The position numbers were made by a program, and so were the translations under genes. A DNA stretch of 64,000 bases, taken from the NCBI GenBank assembly GCA_038063915.1, contig JBBTUE010000004.1, forward strand, positions 102,719-166,718, given 5' to 3'. Shown one piece after another: positions 29,392 to 39,703 of this stretch. The stretch is from Patescibacteria group bacterium (lineage in GTDB: Bacteria; Patescibacteriota; Minisyncoccia; Phycocordibacterales; UBA9973). Position 1 is the stretch's first letter. Each line of letters starts with the position of its first letter. The notes beneath the pieces were generated by a model that saw nothing but the letters and a program-made list of their open reading frames with translations, made no database searches and was not told where the DNA came from.

Positions 29392-30903
29392 TTATTTCAT
29401 CACCATAATAAAAGCTTCTAATACATCACCAGGAGCAATATCTATCTTGGACTCTATGGATATACCGCAGTCTGTCTCCTCTAAGACTTCCTTAGCCTTT
29501 ATCTTATTTGTCTGTAGCCCGATTATTTTACCCCGACCAATTTCAAAATCCCGTCTGATAACTCGGACATTACCATTGTCAGTTATACGTCCTGTAATAA
29601 CCTTACCCCCTACGACTTGTCTATCACGAGTAGCACCAAAAGTTTTTAGAACCTTAAGCATCCCGGTGATCTCTACTTGCTCTTGTCTAGGACGCCTTTC
29701 ATTAATTGTTTCTTTTAACCAATCGATCAGTTTGTAAATGATATCGAAGATCTGAATATTTACTTTTAGAGACTCATTTAAATCACGAGCTCCGTTATCA
29801 ACCTTTGTATTGAAACCCACTACAATAGTGTCTTTATTTACATTAGCCATTTTTAGATCGGATTCATTTATTGCTCCGACGCCCTTGCTTATAATTTTAT
29901 AAGCTATATCATCTCCATTTAATTTACTTATTTCTTTTTCAAGCGCTTCTATAGTTCCCGAGACGTCAGTCTTTATCAATAGAGGTATTATTTTATTGGC
30001 CTGCATAATTGATTCCTCGGATACTTTTGGTAAGGATTTCTCTCTTTTTATTGTGTTTACATATTCTTCGGCTTCCTTCTTAGTATGAAATGATAGAAAT
30101 GTGGATCCAACTTCTGGCATAGATTCAAATCCGACAAGTCGGACAGGGGAGGAAAATGTAGCTTCTTTGATGGGTTTTCCTAGAAAATTCTCGAGTATTC
30201 TTGTAGTAACTATAGCCTCACCGCAAGCTATAAACATTCCAGATGAGAGTGTCCCGTCCTTTATAATAGCAGTTGCTGATATGCCACGCTTTGGTTCACG
30301 ATTTGCTTCGATGATGATACCTGAGGCGTCTAAATCCCTATCTCCAGTTAGTGCATGCATCATAGATACAAGTAATATCATATCCAATAATTCTGGCACA
30401 CCAGTACCTTCCTTTGCAGAGATAAGTACAAATGGAATATCTCCACCCATACCTTCTAGATATATTCCTTTTTCTACTAAATCCATTTTTACTTTCTCTA
30501 CATTTGCATTTTGTTTATCAATTTTATTAATTGCAACAATGTAGGGGATTTTATTATCTATTATAGTATTGTAAGCTTCAAGTGTCTGAGCTTTTACTCC
30601 ATCTTCAGCTGATACCACCAAAATAGCAATATCAGAAGTCACTGCACCTCTTGCGCGCATTTTCGAGAACGCTTCATGCCCTGGTGTGTCTAGGAATGTT
30701 ATCAATTTATCGATACCGTTCTCATCTTTATGTATTACTTCGTATGCGCTTATGTGTTGAGTAATACCTCCAGCTTCATCAGATACGATGTTAGACTTTC
30801 GAATATAGTCAAGCAGTGTTGATTTGCCATGGTCCACATGGCCCATCACACAAGCGACAGGGGGACGTTCCACGATATGTGATTTTTTTTCTTTTGCGTT
30901 CAT
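29392..30903 (-). CDS. infB: Translation initiation factor IF-2 (short, lacks N-terminal domain)
   Basis: RPPV..MGHVDHGKSTLLD, GGITQHI, DTPGHEAF, NKID. Confidence 0.96.
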   Translation of the reverse strand: MNAKEKKSHIVERPPVACVMGHVDHGKSTLLDYIRKSNIVSDEAGGITQHISAYEVIHKDENGIDKLITFLDTPGHEAFSKMRARGAVTSDIAILVVSAEDGVKAQTLEAYNTIIDNKIPYIVAINKIDKQNANVEKVKMDLVEKGIYLEGMGGDIPFVLISAKEGTGVPELLDMILLVSMMHALTGDRDLDASGIIIEANREPKRGISATAIIKDGTLSSGMFIACGEAIVTTRILENFLGKPIKEATFSSPVRLVGFESMPEVGSTFLSFHTKKEAEEYVNTIKREKSLPKVSEESIMQANKIIPLLIKTDVSGTIEALEKEISKLNGDDIAYKIISKGVGAINESDLKMANVNKDTIVVGFNTKVDNGARDLNESLKVNIQIFDIIYKLIDWLKETINERRPRQEQVEITGMLKVLKTFGATRDRQVVGGKVITGRITDNGNVRVIRRDFEIGRGKIIGLQTNKIKAKEVLEETDCGISIESKIDIAPGDVLEAFIMVMK

Positions 30904-30920
30904 ATATGTTAATTTTTCCG

Positions 30921-31370
30921 CTATCTGTCTTTGGATTTTTTTAATACTTCTTTCTCTTCTGTAGATAATTCAAACTCCGATTTACCGTTGTTTATAGGTT
31001 TTGCAAATATACTCATACGATCACGAGCATAAAGACTAGATATTATTACCCCGTCTCCTTTATCATTTAGAAAGGATATAGCAAAGCTCTGGTTACTTCC
31101 AGCATCTAGGAATGGGTTAAAGCGAATTGTCTCGACGCTTCTTATCGATTTATCGAGCCTACTATCTACTGTTATAAGATGGCTATTTATCTCAAGCTGG
31201 GTCTTCTTTAAATTTTCAACCTGCTTGAATATGTCAGTCATCAGTTCTTCTAAATCCTCAGCTTTTTTGCCTACGAAGAACTTTTTCAATCTACGTTCAG
31301 TCAACATCACCCATACCAAGAGGATGACAATTATACCAGCTAGTATATAGATTAATACGAGTGTATTCAT
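30921..31370 (-). CDS. DUF4446-like membrane-anchored protein
   Basis: N-terminal TM, coiled coil, RFNPF..G.NQSF, LS.EE. Confidence 0.75.
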   Translation of the reverse strand: MNTLVLIYILAGIIVILLVWVMLTERRLKKFFVGKKAEDLEELMTDIFKQVENLKKTQLEINSHLITVDSRLDKSIRSVETIRFNPFLDAGSNQSFAISFLNDKGDGVIISSLYARDRMSIFAKPINNGKSEFELSTEEKEVLKKSKDR

Positions 31371-31440
31371 AACTAAGAAGAGTATATATGAATTGGAGTG
31401 TTTTTACAATGCTGTGATATAGTAATGACACAACTAAAAT

Positions 31441-32655
31441 ATGGCTAAAAAACATCAAAATACTATATATCTAGACCACGCAAGTGCCACACCTATAGAT
31501 TCTAGTGTGGCTAAACTTATATCTCTATATGAGCGTAGATATTTTGCTAATGCTTCGTCTATCCACAAAGGTGGGGTAGAAACACAAAAGGTAATTGAGA
31601 ACGCCCGAGAGCAAATCGCCAAGCTTATATTCGCTCATAGTGATGAGATTATCTTCACCGGCAGTGGCACAGAGAGTGATGCCCTTGCTATAATTGGCGT
31701 TGTTCGTGGGTACAAGGGCAAAAATATTCCTCATATAATAACAACAACCATAGAACATTCAGCTGTACTTGAGAATTGCAGGATGCTTGAAAAAAATCGA
31801 GAAGCCGAAGTAACTTATATTATGCCTGATGCGGATGGAATAATAAATCCAAAAGACGTAAGAGATGCACTCAAAGTAAGTACTGCCCTAGTATCGGTCA
31901 TGTACGCCAACAATGAAATTGGAACCGTACAACCCATACAAGAGATTGCGAAGATAATTAGACATTATAGAAAAAATACAAATTCTTCCTTTCCTCTTTT
32001 ACACACTGATGCCTGCCAAGCGATGAATTACTTGCCAACCGAGAATATTGAGAAGCTCGGAGTGGACTTGCTCACATTTAATAGTTCTAAAATTTACGGA
32101 CCAAAAGGAGTCGGTGTTTTATATAAAAAAAGAGGAGTAAATCTTGCACCTATCTACCTTGGTGGTGGACAAGAGTTTGGATTGCGATCAGGGACCGAAA
32201 ATATAGCGGGGATTGCTGGCGTTGCTCTAGCACTTTCACAAACATTTAGGATAAAGAAAAAAGAATCAACCAGATTAATAAAACTTCGCGACTATGGAAT
32301 TAAAAAGTTACTATCCCTATCTCATGTATCTGGCTATGAAATAATTCTAAATGGAGATAAGGTAAAAAGATTACCGAACAATATAAATATATCTATCTCT
32401 GGAATTTCAAGCGAGCTCCTTGTTATCGAACTTGATGCGAAGGGAATACAAGTCTCTGCCAAAAGCGCTTGCAAGAGTGAGGAACTAGATGAATCATATG
32501 TCATTGGCGCTCTCCGTAAGGCACAAAATATTAAACCAAACACAACTGACGGTTCGCTTCGTATCTCACTCGGAAGACAAACAAAAAAAGGTGATATTGA
32601 TGCATTATTCAAAGCCCTTAAAGAAATTCTAGCCAAATATAGGAAGTGGAAATAG
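31441..32655 (+). CDS. iscS: Cysteine desulfurase (IscS/NifS family)
   Basis: IYLDHASATP, NNEIG, HTDACQ, SKIYGPKG, RSGTEN, SAC. Confidence 0.9.
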   Translation: MAKKHQNTIYLDHASATPIDSSVAKLISLYERRYFANASSIHKGGVETQKVIENAREQIAKLIFAHSDEIIFTGSGTESDALAIIGVVRGYKGKNIPHIITTTIEHSAVLENCRMLEKNREAEVTYIMPDADGIINPKDVRDALKVSTALVSVMYANNEIGTVQPIQEIAKIIRHYRKNTNSSFPLLHTDACQAMNYLPTENIEKLGVDLLTFNSSKIYGPKGVGVLYKKRGVNLAPIYLGGGQEFGLRSGTENIAGIAGVALALSQTFRIKKKESTRLIKLRDYGIKKLLSLSHVSGYEIILNGDKVKRLPNNINISISGISSELLVIELDAKGIQVSAKSACKSEELDESYVIGALRKAQNIKPNTTDGSLRISLGRQTKKGDIDALFKALKEILAKYRKWK

Positions 32656-32682
32656 AGTAGACGGCTGTGATATAATAGGGGG

Positions 32683-33255
32683 ATGGATATCAAAGAACTC
32701 AATAAAACCCAGCTTATATTACTTACTCTCTTGATCACTTTTGTGGTCTCTATTGCTACGGGGATAATAACTGTGTCTATAATGCAACAGATGCCCAAGA
32801 GTGTTCCCCAAACCATAAATAATGTAATTCAGCGCACAATTGAGAAAATTACAACGGCTCCAGCTGTCATAACTGTATCTGATAAAACAGAAGAAAATAA
32901 GACACCTACGGTTGTATTTGGAGAAGGAGATGCGGTTATCAATATTTACTCTATCGAGGCAGTAGTGCCTCCGCCTACAACAATCGAGGGAGAAACAAAA
33001 ACAGAAGCTCCTAAGCCACTAGGTCAAGGAATTATAATCTCCGATACAGGGCTCGTGCTGGTTGACTCGGATATTCTCGTTGACAAGGAATTGTATAAAG
33101 TTGTTCTAGATAAAATAGAATTTGACGCTACCATTTTAATGAAGTTCCCAAATGGATTTACTGTTCTTAAAATAAGTCCAAAGAAAGTCCTCCCTGTCAA
33201 AGAAGAGCCAAAGAAGGATAATGGTGTGGTTCCTCCAATTGACAACAAACCATAG
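32683..33255 (+). CDS. Hypothetical membrane-anchored protein with a degenerate trypsin-like segment
   Basis: One TM helix, TINNVIQRTIEK, GQGIIISDTGLV (resembles HtrA GSGxIIS.DG) without catalytic His. Confidence 0.6.
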   Translation: MDIKELNKTQLILLTLLITFVVSIATGIITVSIMQQMPKSVPQTINNVIQRTIEKITTAPAVITVSDKTEENKTPTVVFGEGDAVINIYSIEAVVPPPTTIEGETKTEAPKPLGQGIIISDTGLVLVDSDILVDKELYKVVLDKIEFDATILMKFPNGFTVLKISPKKVLPVKEEPKKDNGVVPPIDNKP

Positions 33256-33292
33256 AAATTTTAAAATCCCTTCTCATTCGTAATTATCACAT

Positions 33293-35989
33293 ATGCCACC
33301 ATTCAATCATTTTACAACTAAAGCTAAAGAAGCCATTCGTAAAGCCCACGAGCTGGCTATTGAGCGTGGGCAGAATCACGTCAATGCACTTCACTTACTC
33401 ACTTCTCTTCTAATTCAAGAGGACTCCCTAGTAGTATCAATACTAGATCGTATGGATATCGATACTATGCTAATGACAGACAACCTCATTGAGATGATAG
33501 AATCTCCAGAGAATCGCAATACCCTTTCGCCTTCATACCAACTTTATCTCACTCCTGATTTAGCTTCCGTTATAGAGAATTCTAGTAAAGTCGCGGCGAC
33601 ATTGAAAGATGAATTTGTGTCGACGGAGCATTTATTTGTGTCACTACTTGAGACACCCGGCGAGGCTCGTGAACTTTTAGGTAAATTTAAAATCGAGAAA
33701 GATCAAGTAGTGAGTGTCCTTGAAGTATTTAGAAATGAAAACGTTACCGAATCAAGCGGTGGCAAGAAACACAAGCTTCTAGCAAAATTTACTCGCAACC
33801 TGACAGACCTCGCCCGCGCCGACAAGCTCGACCCAGTCATCGGTCGTGATAATGAAATCATGCGCATGATGCAGATACTCTCTCGTCGTACCAAGAACAA
33901 TCCAATATTAATAGGGGAGGCTGGCACAGGCAAGACGGCTGTCGCTGAAGCCTTAGCGCAGAGGATAGCCAAAAATGACGTCCCAGAGAGCCTACGGGAT
34001 AAAGAGATGGTATCCCTTGATTTAGGCTTACTTCTATCCGGCACAAAGTATCGTGGTGAGTTTGAGGAGAGACTCAGAGGTATCATGAAAGAAATAGAAA
34101 AATCCGACGGTAAAATAATTCTCTTCATAGATGAGATCCATACTATTGTCGGCGCAGGATCTGCCGAGGGGTCACTTGACGCATCAAACATGCTAAAGCC
34201 CGCGCTTGCGCGAGGCGAGCTCCGTGCTATCGGTGCAACGACACTAAAAGAATATCAAAAACATATAGAAAAAGACCCAGCTCTTGCACGTCGCTTCCAA
34301 CCAATATTTATCGACGAACCAAGTACCGATGATGCTGTGGCAATACTCCGAGGACTCAAAGAAAAATATGAACTTTTCCACGGTGTTCGTATTACCGATG
34401 ATGCGATTATATCGGCAGTCAATCTTTCGACTCGATATATTACAAATAGATATCTGCCCGATAAAGCAGTCGACCTCATCGATGAAGCTGCATCTGCTCT
34501 TCGCCTATCCCTTGAGAATAAACCACAAGTTTTAGAAGATGCCGATCGCAAGATTATGCGATTTGAAATCGAGAAGGAAGCACTCTCCAAAGAAATAGAG
34601 CGAGTATCAAGTAAATCCGAAGAACACAAGAATGCGAAAGCACGGGTTAAAGATATTGATAAAGAAATTGGTAATTTAAAAGAGAAAACCCGAGAGCTTG
34701 AACTCAAGTGGAAGAATGAAAAAGAGACAGTCATAGAAATACGTTCAATAAAGAAAGAATTAGAAGCGCTCCGCTTAGAAGGCGAGAGTGCTGAGATGCG
34801 TTCCGACCTTGCCCGTGCCGCCGAGATTCGCTATGGCCGAATCCCAGAACTACAGAGTAAATTGGAGACGAAACTCTCACGGCTAAAGAAACTTCAGAAG
34901 TCACGTCGAATTCTAAAAGAAGATATTACCGCCGAAGATATTGCCGAAGTGGTATCGCGTTGGACCGGTATCCCACTTGTCAAAATGCTCGAAGAAGAGC
35001 GTGAGAAACTTGCAAATATGGAGAGTGAGCTCAGAAAGCGTGTCGTTGGCCAAGACGAAGCGATAACCAAAATTGCCAACGTCGTCCGCAGATCACGCGC
35101 CGGTATTTCTGATCCAAATAAGCCCATTGGCTCATTTATATTCCTCGGTCCGACTGGTGTCGGTAAGACTGAGCTCACCAAAACTCTAGCCCAGTTCATG
35201 TTCAACGACGATAAGGCCCTCATCCGCGTAGATATGAGTGAATATATGGAGCGCCATAGTGTATCGAAACTCATTGGCTCTCCACCCGGATACGTCGGCT
35301 ACGATGAGTCTGGTAATCTGACCGAGGCTGTTCGCCACCGACCTTACTCGGTGATACTTTTCGACGAAATAGAAAAGGCTCACCCCGAAGTGTTCAATGT
35401 GCTCCTCCAAGTTCTCGACGAAGGTCGCCTGACAGATGCCAAGGGCCGGATAGTAAACTTCAAAAATACTATCATCATCATGACATCAAATATCGGTTCG
35501 AATTTTATTGAAAAGATGGAGTCACTCGGATTTACTAATTCAAAAAAGAATGAATATGCTGAGACAAAAGAAAAAGTCCTCGGATCACTCAAAGATCACT
35601 TCCGCCCAGAATTCCTAAACCGTATAGATGATACAATTGTGTTTGATATTTTATCTATCGAAGTCATCCGGCATATAGTGGATTTGAAAATCCAAGTTAT
35701 AAAAGAAAGATTACAAAGTAAAAATATTGAGCTTGAAATAACTGATGATGCTCTATCCTATCTTGCGCGTGAAGGTTACAACCCTCACTACGGGGCAAGA
35801 CCTCTAGGCAGACTAATCCAAAATAAAATTCTAAATCCTATCGCATCGTTTATCATAGGTAAAGGTGTGAAAAAAGGCGATATTGTCACAGTAAATATTA
35901 AAGACAATGACTTAGTCATTGAAATGAAGAAAAAGAAAATCAAATCTGACTTCAAAGTTTCCAAGACTTCATCTTACAATAGTAAATAA
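33293..35989 (+). CDS. clpB: Chaperone ClpB
   Basis: Clp N domain, two AAA+ modules (GEAGTGKT, GPTGVGKT), long coiled-coil M domain. Confidence 0.93.
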   Translation: MPPFNHFTTKAKEAIRKAHELAIERGQNHVNALHLLTSLLIQEDSLVVSILDRMDIDTMLMTDNLIEMIESPENRNTLSPSYQLYLTPDLASVIENSSKVAATLKDEFVSTEHLFVSLLETPGEARELLGKFKIEKDQVVSVLEVFRNENVTESSGGKKHKLLAKFTRNLTDLARADKLDPVIGRDNEIMRMMQILSRRTKNNPILIGEAGTGKTAVAEALAQRIAKNDVPESLRDKEMVSLDLGLLLSGTKYRGEFEERLRGIMKEIEKSDGKIILFIDEIHTIVGAGSAEGSLDASNMLKPALARGELRAIGATTLKEYQKHIEKDPALARRFQPIFIDEPSTDDAVAILRGLKEKYELFHGVRITDDAIISAVNLSTRYITNRYLPDKAVDLIDEAASALRLSLENKPQVLEDADRKIMRFEIEKEALSKEIERVSSKSEEHKNAKARVKDIDKEIGNLKEKTRELELKWKNEKETVIEIRSIKKELEALRLEGESAEMRSDLARAAEIRYGRIPELQSKLETKLSRLKKLQKSRRILKEDITAEDIAEVVSRWTGIPLVKMLEEEREKLANMESELRKRVVGQDEAITKIANVVRRSRAGISDPNKPIGSFIFLGPTGVGKTELTKTLAQFMFNDDKALIRVDMSEYMERHSVSKLIGSPPGYVGYDESGNLTEAVRHRPYSVILFDEIEKAHPEVFNVLLQVLDEGRLTDAKGRIVNFKNTIIIMTSNIGSNFIEKMESLGFTNSKKNEYAETKEKVLGSLKDHFRPEFLNRIDDTIVFDILSIEVIRHIVDLKIQVIKERLQSKNIELEITDDALSYLAREGYNPHYGARPLGRLIQNKILNPIASFIIGKGVKKGDIVTVNIKDNDLVIEMKKKKIKSDFKVSKTSSYNSK

Positions 35990-36020
35990 AAAAAGCCCCC
36001 TTCATACGAAGGGCGCTTTT
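35989..36020. terminator. Bidirectional terminator
   Basis: A-tract, GC hairpin with atac loop, T-tract between convergent genes. Confidence 0.65.
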
Positions 36021-36043
36021 GTATTTAGCAAAATCCAAACATC

Positions 36044-36820
36044 CTATTTAGGGCTCTCCTCATTGAGATCAAGGTCAACGAGTTGGTCACCCTTACCAAT
36101 GTGGATGTTACCAACCGTGATAGAACCTGCGCCGGTATTTTTGATGACGAACATCGGCTTTTGGCCAAAGTTTTCCGGCATTACAACGGTAGTGTTGGCT
36201 TCAGCAGTTGCACTGGCGTTGTTCTCCACAGATACTGGCTGAACCGGGTTTGCTACCCAACGTTCACTTCCTTCTTCACCAGCGGGAGGATCATTTCTGC
36301 GCCTTCCTGCTCCTGTTGCAGCTGGTGTATTATTCCTCATCGCCATGAAGAGGAGATAACCAAGCCACAAAATGAATGCCAGTAAAGCTAACGGCCACAG
36401 AACCTGGAAAATATCGCTCAACCAATTCGGCATCCAGTTAAAACCAGAATGCGAAGAGGAAGATTGATTAATTCCTGAATTGTCGCTGTCGGAATTGTCG
36501 GGCATTACCGGCGTTGTGCCGATAGGGAAGTAATACCAGCCTTTTGAATTCATTTCGTCGGACGAAAGGGTGATAGTCTGACCTTTGGAAAGGCAGATAA
36601 CACTGTCTTTGTACGATTTTACTTTCCGGTAAATTGATTTGCCTCCGGAGCACAAACCTATGGGTGCGGTTACCGGTACTTTCACGGTAATGCAAGTATC
36701 CATTGTGCAGGTGTAAGTGAAATTGTTTTCAACAGGGGTTGTAACTTTTGTTTTGCTGTTACAGCTTGCAAATGCAAGAACGATAGCAATTGCCATAAAG
36801 GCGAACATAACTTTTTTCAT
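36044..36820 (-). CDS. Hypothetical lipoprotein-like protein with internal TM helix
   Basis: MKKVMF..LAFASC lipobox-like signal; own canonical promoter; visibly GC-richer codons. Confidence 0.7.
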   Translation of the reverse strand: MKKVMFAFMAIAIVLAFASCNSKTKVTTPVENNFTYTCTMDTCITVKVPVTAPIGLCSGGKSIYRKVKSYKDSVICLSKGQTITLSSDEMNSKGWYYFPIGTTPVMPDNSDSDNSGINQSSSSHSGFNWMPNWLSDIFQVLWPLALLAFILWLGYLLFMAMRNNTPAATGAGRRRNDPPAGEEGSERWVANPVQPVSVENNASATAEANTTVVMPENFGQKPMFVIKNTGAGSITVGNIHIGKGDQLVDLDLNEESPK

Positions 36821-36892
36821 GTTAAACTGGGTTTTGATGTTTGAAATTTTGTTTGGAAAGATCACTCCTCACATACCTCACTCTCTCCTTGT

Positions 36893-36921
36893 AGTATAGC
36901 ATATCCTACCCTCTTTGTCAA
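36893..36921 (-). promoter_or_regulatory. Sigma70 promoter
   Basis: TTGACA-17nt-TATACT with extended TG. Confidence 0.75.
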
Positions 36922-36957
36922 GAGGTGTATAGAGTTAAAATAGCCTTGGAATATATA

Positions 36958-36995
36958 TGTAAAAATCTCATAACAGAAGTTACGAGATTTTTACA
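36958..36995 (-). terminator. Terminator after tRNA-Tyr
   Basis: TGTAAAAATCTC..GAGATTTTTACA inverted repeat. Confidence 0.7.
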
Positions 36996-36998
36996 TTG

Positions 36999-37081
36999 TG
37001 CGTCGGGTTGGATTCGAACCAACGAAGGCCAAGGCCGACAGATTTACAGTCTGTTGTGATAGACCACTCCACCACCGACGC
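36999..37081 (-). tRNA. tRNA-Tyr (anticodon GTA)
   Basis: GCGTCGG/CCGACGC, ACAGA-CTGTAAA-TCTGT, long variable arm, TTCGAAT; CCA not encoded. Confidence 0.95.
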
Positions 37082-37150
37082 GGGTATTCATGAGTATACA
37101 TGCTTTTCTTCAATTTTTCAACACAAAAAAAATATGCTAAAATACAGCTT

Positions 37151-38146
37151 ATGTCACAGTTGTATAGTAATTCAATCTTCTGGATTGATGTAGATAAAGT
37201 CAAACCAAATCCGTTTCAGCCTCGTCGAGAATTCGATGAAGCTCGTCTTCGTGACCTTGCCGACTCAATACGACAGTACGGAGTCCTCCAACCACTTACC
37301 GTCTCTCGAATAGAAGTAGTAAAAGAGGATGGGGGTATCGCAGTTGAGTACGAGCTTATCGCTGGCGAGCGCAGACTAAGGGCTTCTCGGCTCGCGGGTC
37401 TCGAGCAAGTACCAGTCATCATTCGTGTCGGTGATGACAATATGGTAAAGCTCGAGCTTGCCATTATTGAAAATCTACAACGCGAAGATCTCAATTCTGT
37501 CGAGCGTGCCCGAGCTTTTTTCAGACTCAATGAAGAATTTAAATTTACTCACGGGCAAATCGGGGCCAAGGTTGGCAAGAGCCGTGAGCATGTTTCAAAT
37601 ACTCTACGCTTGCTTTCACTACCGCAAGAAATACTCGATGGGCTATCGGGCGGTAAAATCTCCGAAGGTCACACTCGACCGATACTAATGCTCGCTGATA
37701 GGCCCGAAGAGCAGATGGTGCTCTTCAAAGAGATAATGCTAAAGAAGATGACAGTCCGCGATGCCGAGAAGATAGCTCGCAAGATTGCTGTTGATCGTAT
37801 TCGCAAGAAAGAATATTTACCTGACCCCGAGCTCGCAGATCTTGAAGACAGACTCCAAGAGACTTTAGGTACTCGAGTACACATAGATCGCAAAGAGAAT
37901 GGTGGGCAGATCACTATCGACTTTTTCTCCAACGATGACTTGCGGATGATACTCGATATTATTAAATCCAACCAAATAAAAAATCCAAATGAAATGCTCG
38001 ATAGCTTTATGGCTAAGCAAGCCGGAGAATCAGTTTCTGATACTCTAGAAGAAGACTCTATCTTGCTTGATGATCGTACGACAGAAGAAAAAGCTCAGGC
38101 CGACGAAGATGCAGATCTATATAGTATTAAAAATTTCTCTATCTAG
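37151..38146 (+). CDS. parB: ParB/Spo0J partition protein
   Basis: PNPFQPR, GVLQP, LIAGERRLRA, IENLQREDL, HTH. Confidence 0.95.
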   Translation: MSQLYSNSIFWIDVDKVKPNPFQPRREFDEARLRDLADSIRQYGVLQPLTVSRIEVVKEDGGIAVEYELIAGERRLRASRLAGLEQVPVIIRVGDDNMVKLELAIIENLQREDLNSVERARAFFRLNEEFKFTHGQIGAKVGKSREHVSNTLRLLSLPQEILDGLSGGKISEGHTRPILMLADRPEEQMVLFKEIMLKKMTVRDAEKIARKIAVDRIRKKEYLPDPELADLEDRLQETLGTRVHIDRKENGGQITIDFFSNDDLRMILDIIKSNQIKNPNEMLDSFMAKQAGESVSDTLEEDSILLDDRTTEEKAQADEDADLYSIKNFSI

Positions 38147-39615
38147 CTGTTTCCGAAAGATAAAAATTTAGAAAGCAAACTGTGCGACTTTAGATAGGTA
38201 TTTATATGTTTACGAGCAAGACCAGTCTTCGTATGGTCAAGCCATTTTGATGATGGATTGGAATTCTTGTTAACTTGGATTTCTATGATGTCATTGGTTT
38301 TAAGTTTTGTATGTAGGGCAACATTCTTGCCATTTACTTTTGCACCTTGAGCGTGGTTACCGATATCGGTGTGAATAGCATATGCAAAATCAATAACACT
38401 AGAATCCTCGGGCAAGTCTATAATGTCACCCTTTGGGGTAAAGACGAACACGCGGTCTTTAAAGAAGTCCATTTTGATTTCTCTAAGGAATTTCTCTGGA
38501 TCTTTTTTCTCACCGCTTAATTCATTTAGGTTTCGAAGCTCACGTACCCATTCGAATTGATCCAAGGCCATATTCTTACTCCCCTTGTTTTCTTTATAGG
38601 CAAAGTGAGCAGCAATACCGTATTCAGCTTCTTGGTGCATTTCATATGTACGAATCTGGACCTCCACTATTCCTCCGGTACCTGTGAATATGGTTGTATG
38701 CAGACTTCTGTAGCCGTTGAGCTTTGGCGTGGCTATATAGTCCTTGAATCGGTTTGGAAGTGGTGTCCATGTGCCGTGGATAAGCCCGAGTACGTGGTAG
38801 CAGTCGGCCACAGTGTCCACCATGACACGCAGTGCCAAGATGTCATATATCTTTGTTATATCCATCTCATACTTTTTGAGTTTTCTCCAGAGCGAGTATA
38901 AATGTTTTTGCCTGTAGTCGACGTGGGTATTTTCGATGCTATCTTTTTTTAGCTTCTTTACTAGCTCATTCTTTACTTCCATTAAATATTTTTCTTCAAC
39001 ATCTTTTTTAGAAATCAATAACGCTTTGACTTCACCATACTCTTTTGGATAAGCAAATTTAAATGCGGCATCTTCGAGTCGGCCTTTGAGGCGACCCATC
39101 GATAGCCGATTGGCCAGTGGAGCGTAAACTTCTAAAGTTTCAAGAGCGATGCGTTTCTGTTTGTCAGGGCGGACATGTTCGAGCGTCTCAATATTGTGCA
39201 GTCGATCGGCAAGTTTTATAACAAGTACTCGTAAATCTTCTGTCATTGACATAAAAAATCTCCGCAAGTTCTCGACGTTGCGCTCGATACCTTTATATTT
39301 TACAGTTCCCAATTTCGTCACACCTTGCACGAGGGATACTATTTCTTTATTAAATTCTTTCGTCAGCTCTTCCTCGGTAGTTTTTGTATCTTCGAGGACG
39401 TCGTGGAGAAACCCTGCAGTGATAACAGTCGGGCCCATCCCTAGGTCCGCTAGATTTTTAGCAGTCTTAAATACGTGGATAAAATATGGTTCACCGCTTT
39501 TACGAAGTTGGCCCTCATGCGCTTTGACTGCGAAATGGTATGCTTTCTCTATAAGCGCTTTTCCCTTAGCGCCTAAAGTAGGAGTGACTGAGAAGATTTC
39601 ATCTATCTTTGGCAT
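38143..39615 (-). CDS. RelA/SpoT homologue (HD, synthetase, TGS; no ACT domain)
   Basis: RKSGEPY, LHDVLED, KLADRLHN, KDYI..PK.NGY.SLHT, EVQIRT, VFTPKG; ends soon after TGS. Confidence 0.92.
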   Translation of the reverse strand: MPKIDEIFSVTPTLGAKGKALIEKAYHFAVKAHEGQLRKSGEPYFIHVFKTAKNLADLGMGPTVITAGFLHDVLEDTKTTEEELTKEFNKEIVSLVQGVTKLGTVKYKGIERNVENLRRFFMSMTEDLRVLVIKLADRLHNIETLEHVRPDKQKRIALETLEVYAPLANRLSMGRLKGRLEDAAFKFAYPKEYGEVKALLISKKDVEEKYLMEVKNELVKKLKKDSIENTHVDYRQKHLYSLWRKLKKYEMDITKIYDILALRVMVDTVADCYHVLGLIHGTWTPLPNRFKDYIATPKLNGYRSLHTTIFTGTGGIVEVQIRTYEMHQEAEYGIAAHFAYKENKGSKNMALDQFEWVRELRNLNELSGEKKDPEKFLREIKMDFFKDRVFVFTPKGDIIDLPEDSSVIDFAYAIHTDIGNHAQGAKVNGKNVALHTKLKTNDIIEIQVNKNSNPSSKWLDHTKTGLARKHINTYLKSHSLLSKFLSFGNS

Positions 39616-39633
39616 ATAAGCTAGTATAGCCGA

Positions 39634-39661
39634 TTGACATACTTTAGTAAAATGGTAGTAT
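39634..39661 (+). promoter_or_regulatory. Sigma70 promoter
   Basis: TTGACA-16nt-TAGTAT. Confidence 0.6.
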
Positions 39662-39703
39662 GCTAGAAAACAAATCCTCAATTCCTTAATCAAAAAAATC
39701 TAT

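Noticed and set aside
33703-35592. Long antisense ORFs inside clpB, and similar ones in topA, infB, parB and the RSH
   Set aside because: Shadow frames of conserved genes with no recognisable motifs
36991-37203. Short ORFs on both strands near 37 kb
   Set aside because: They overlap tRNA-Tyr and the parB start
37151-38146. parS sites or oriC near parB
   Set aside because: No TGTTTCACGTGAAACA-like palindrome, parA or DnaA-box cluster noticed by eye
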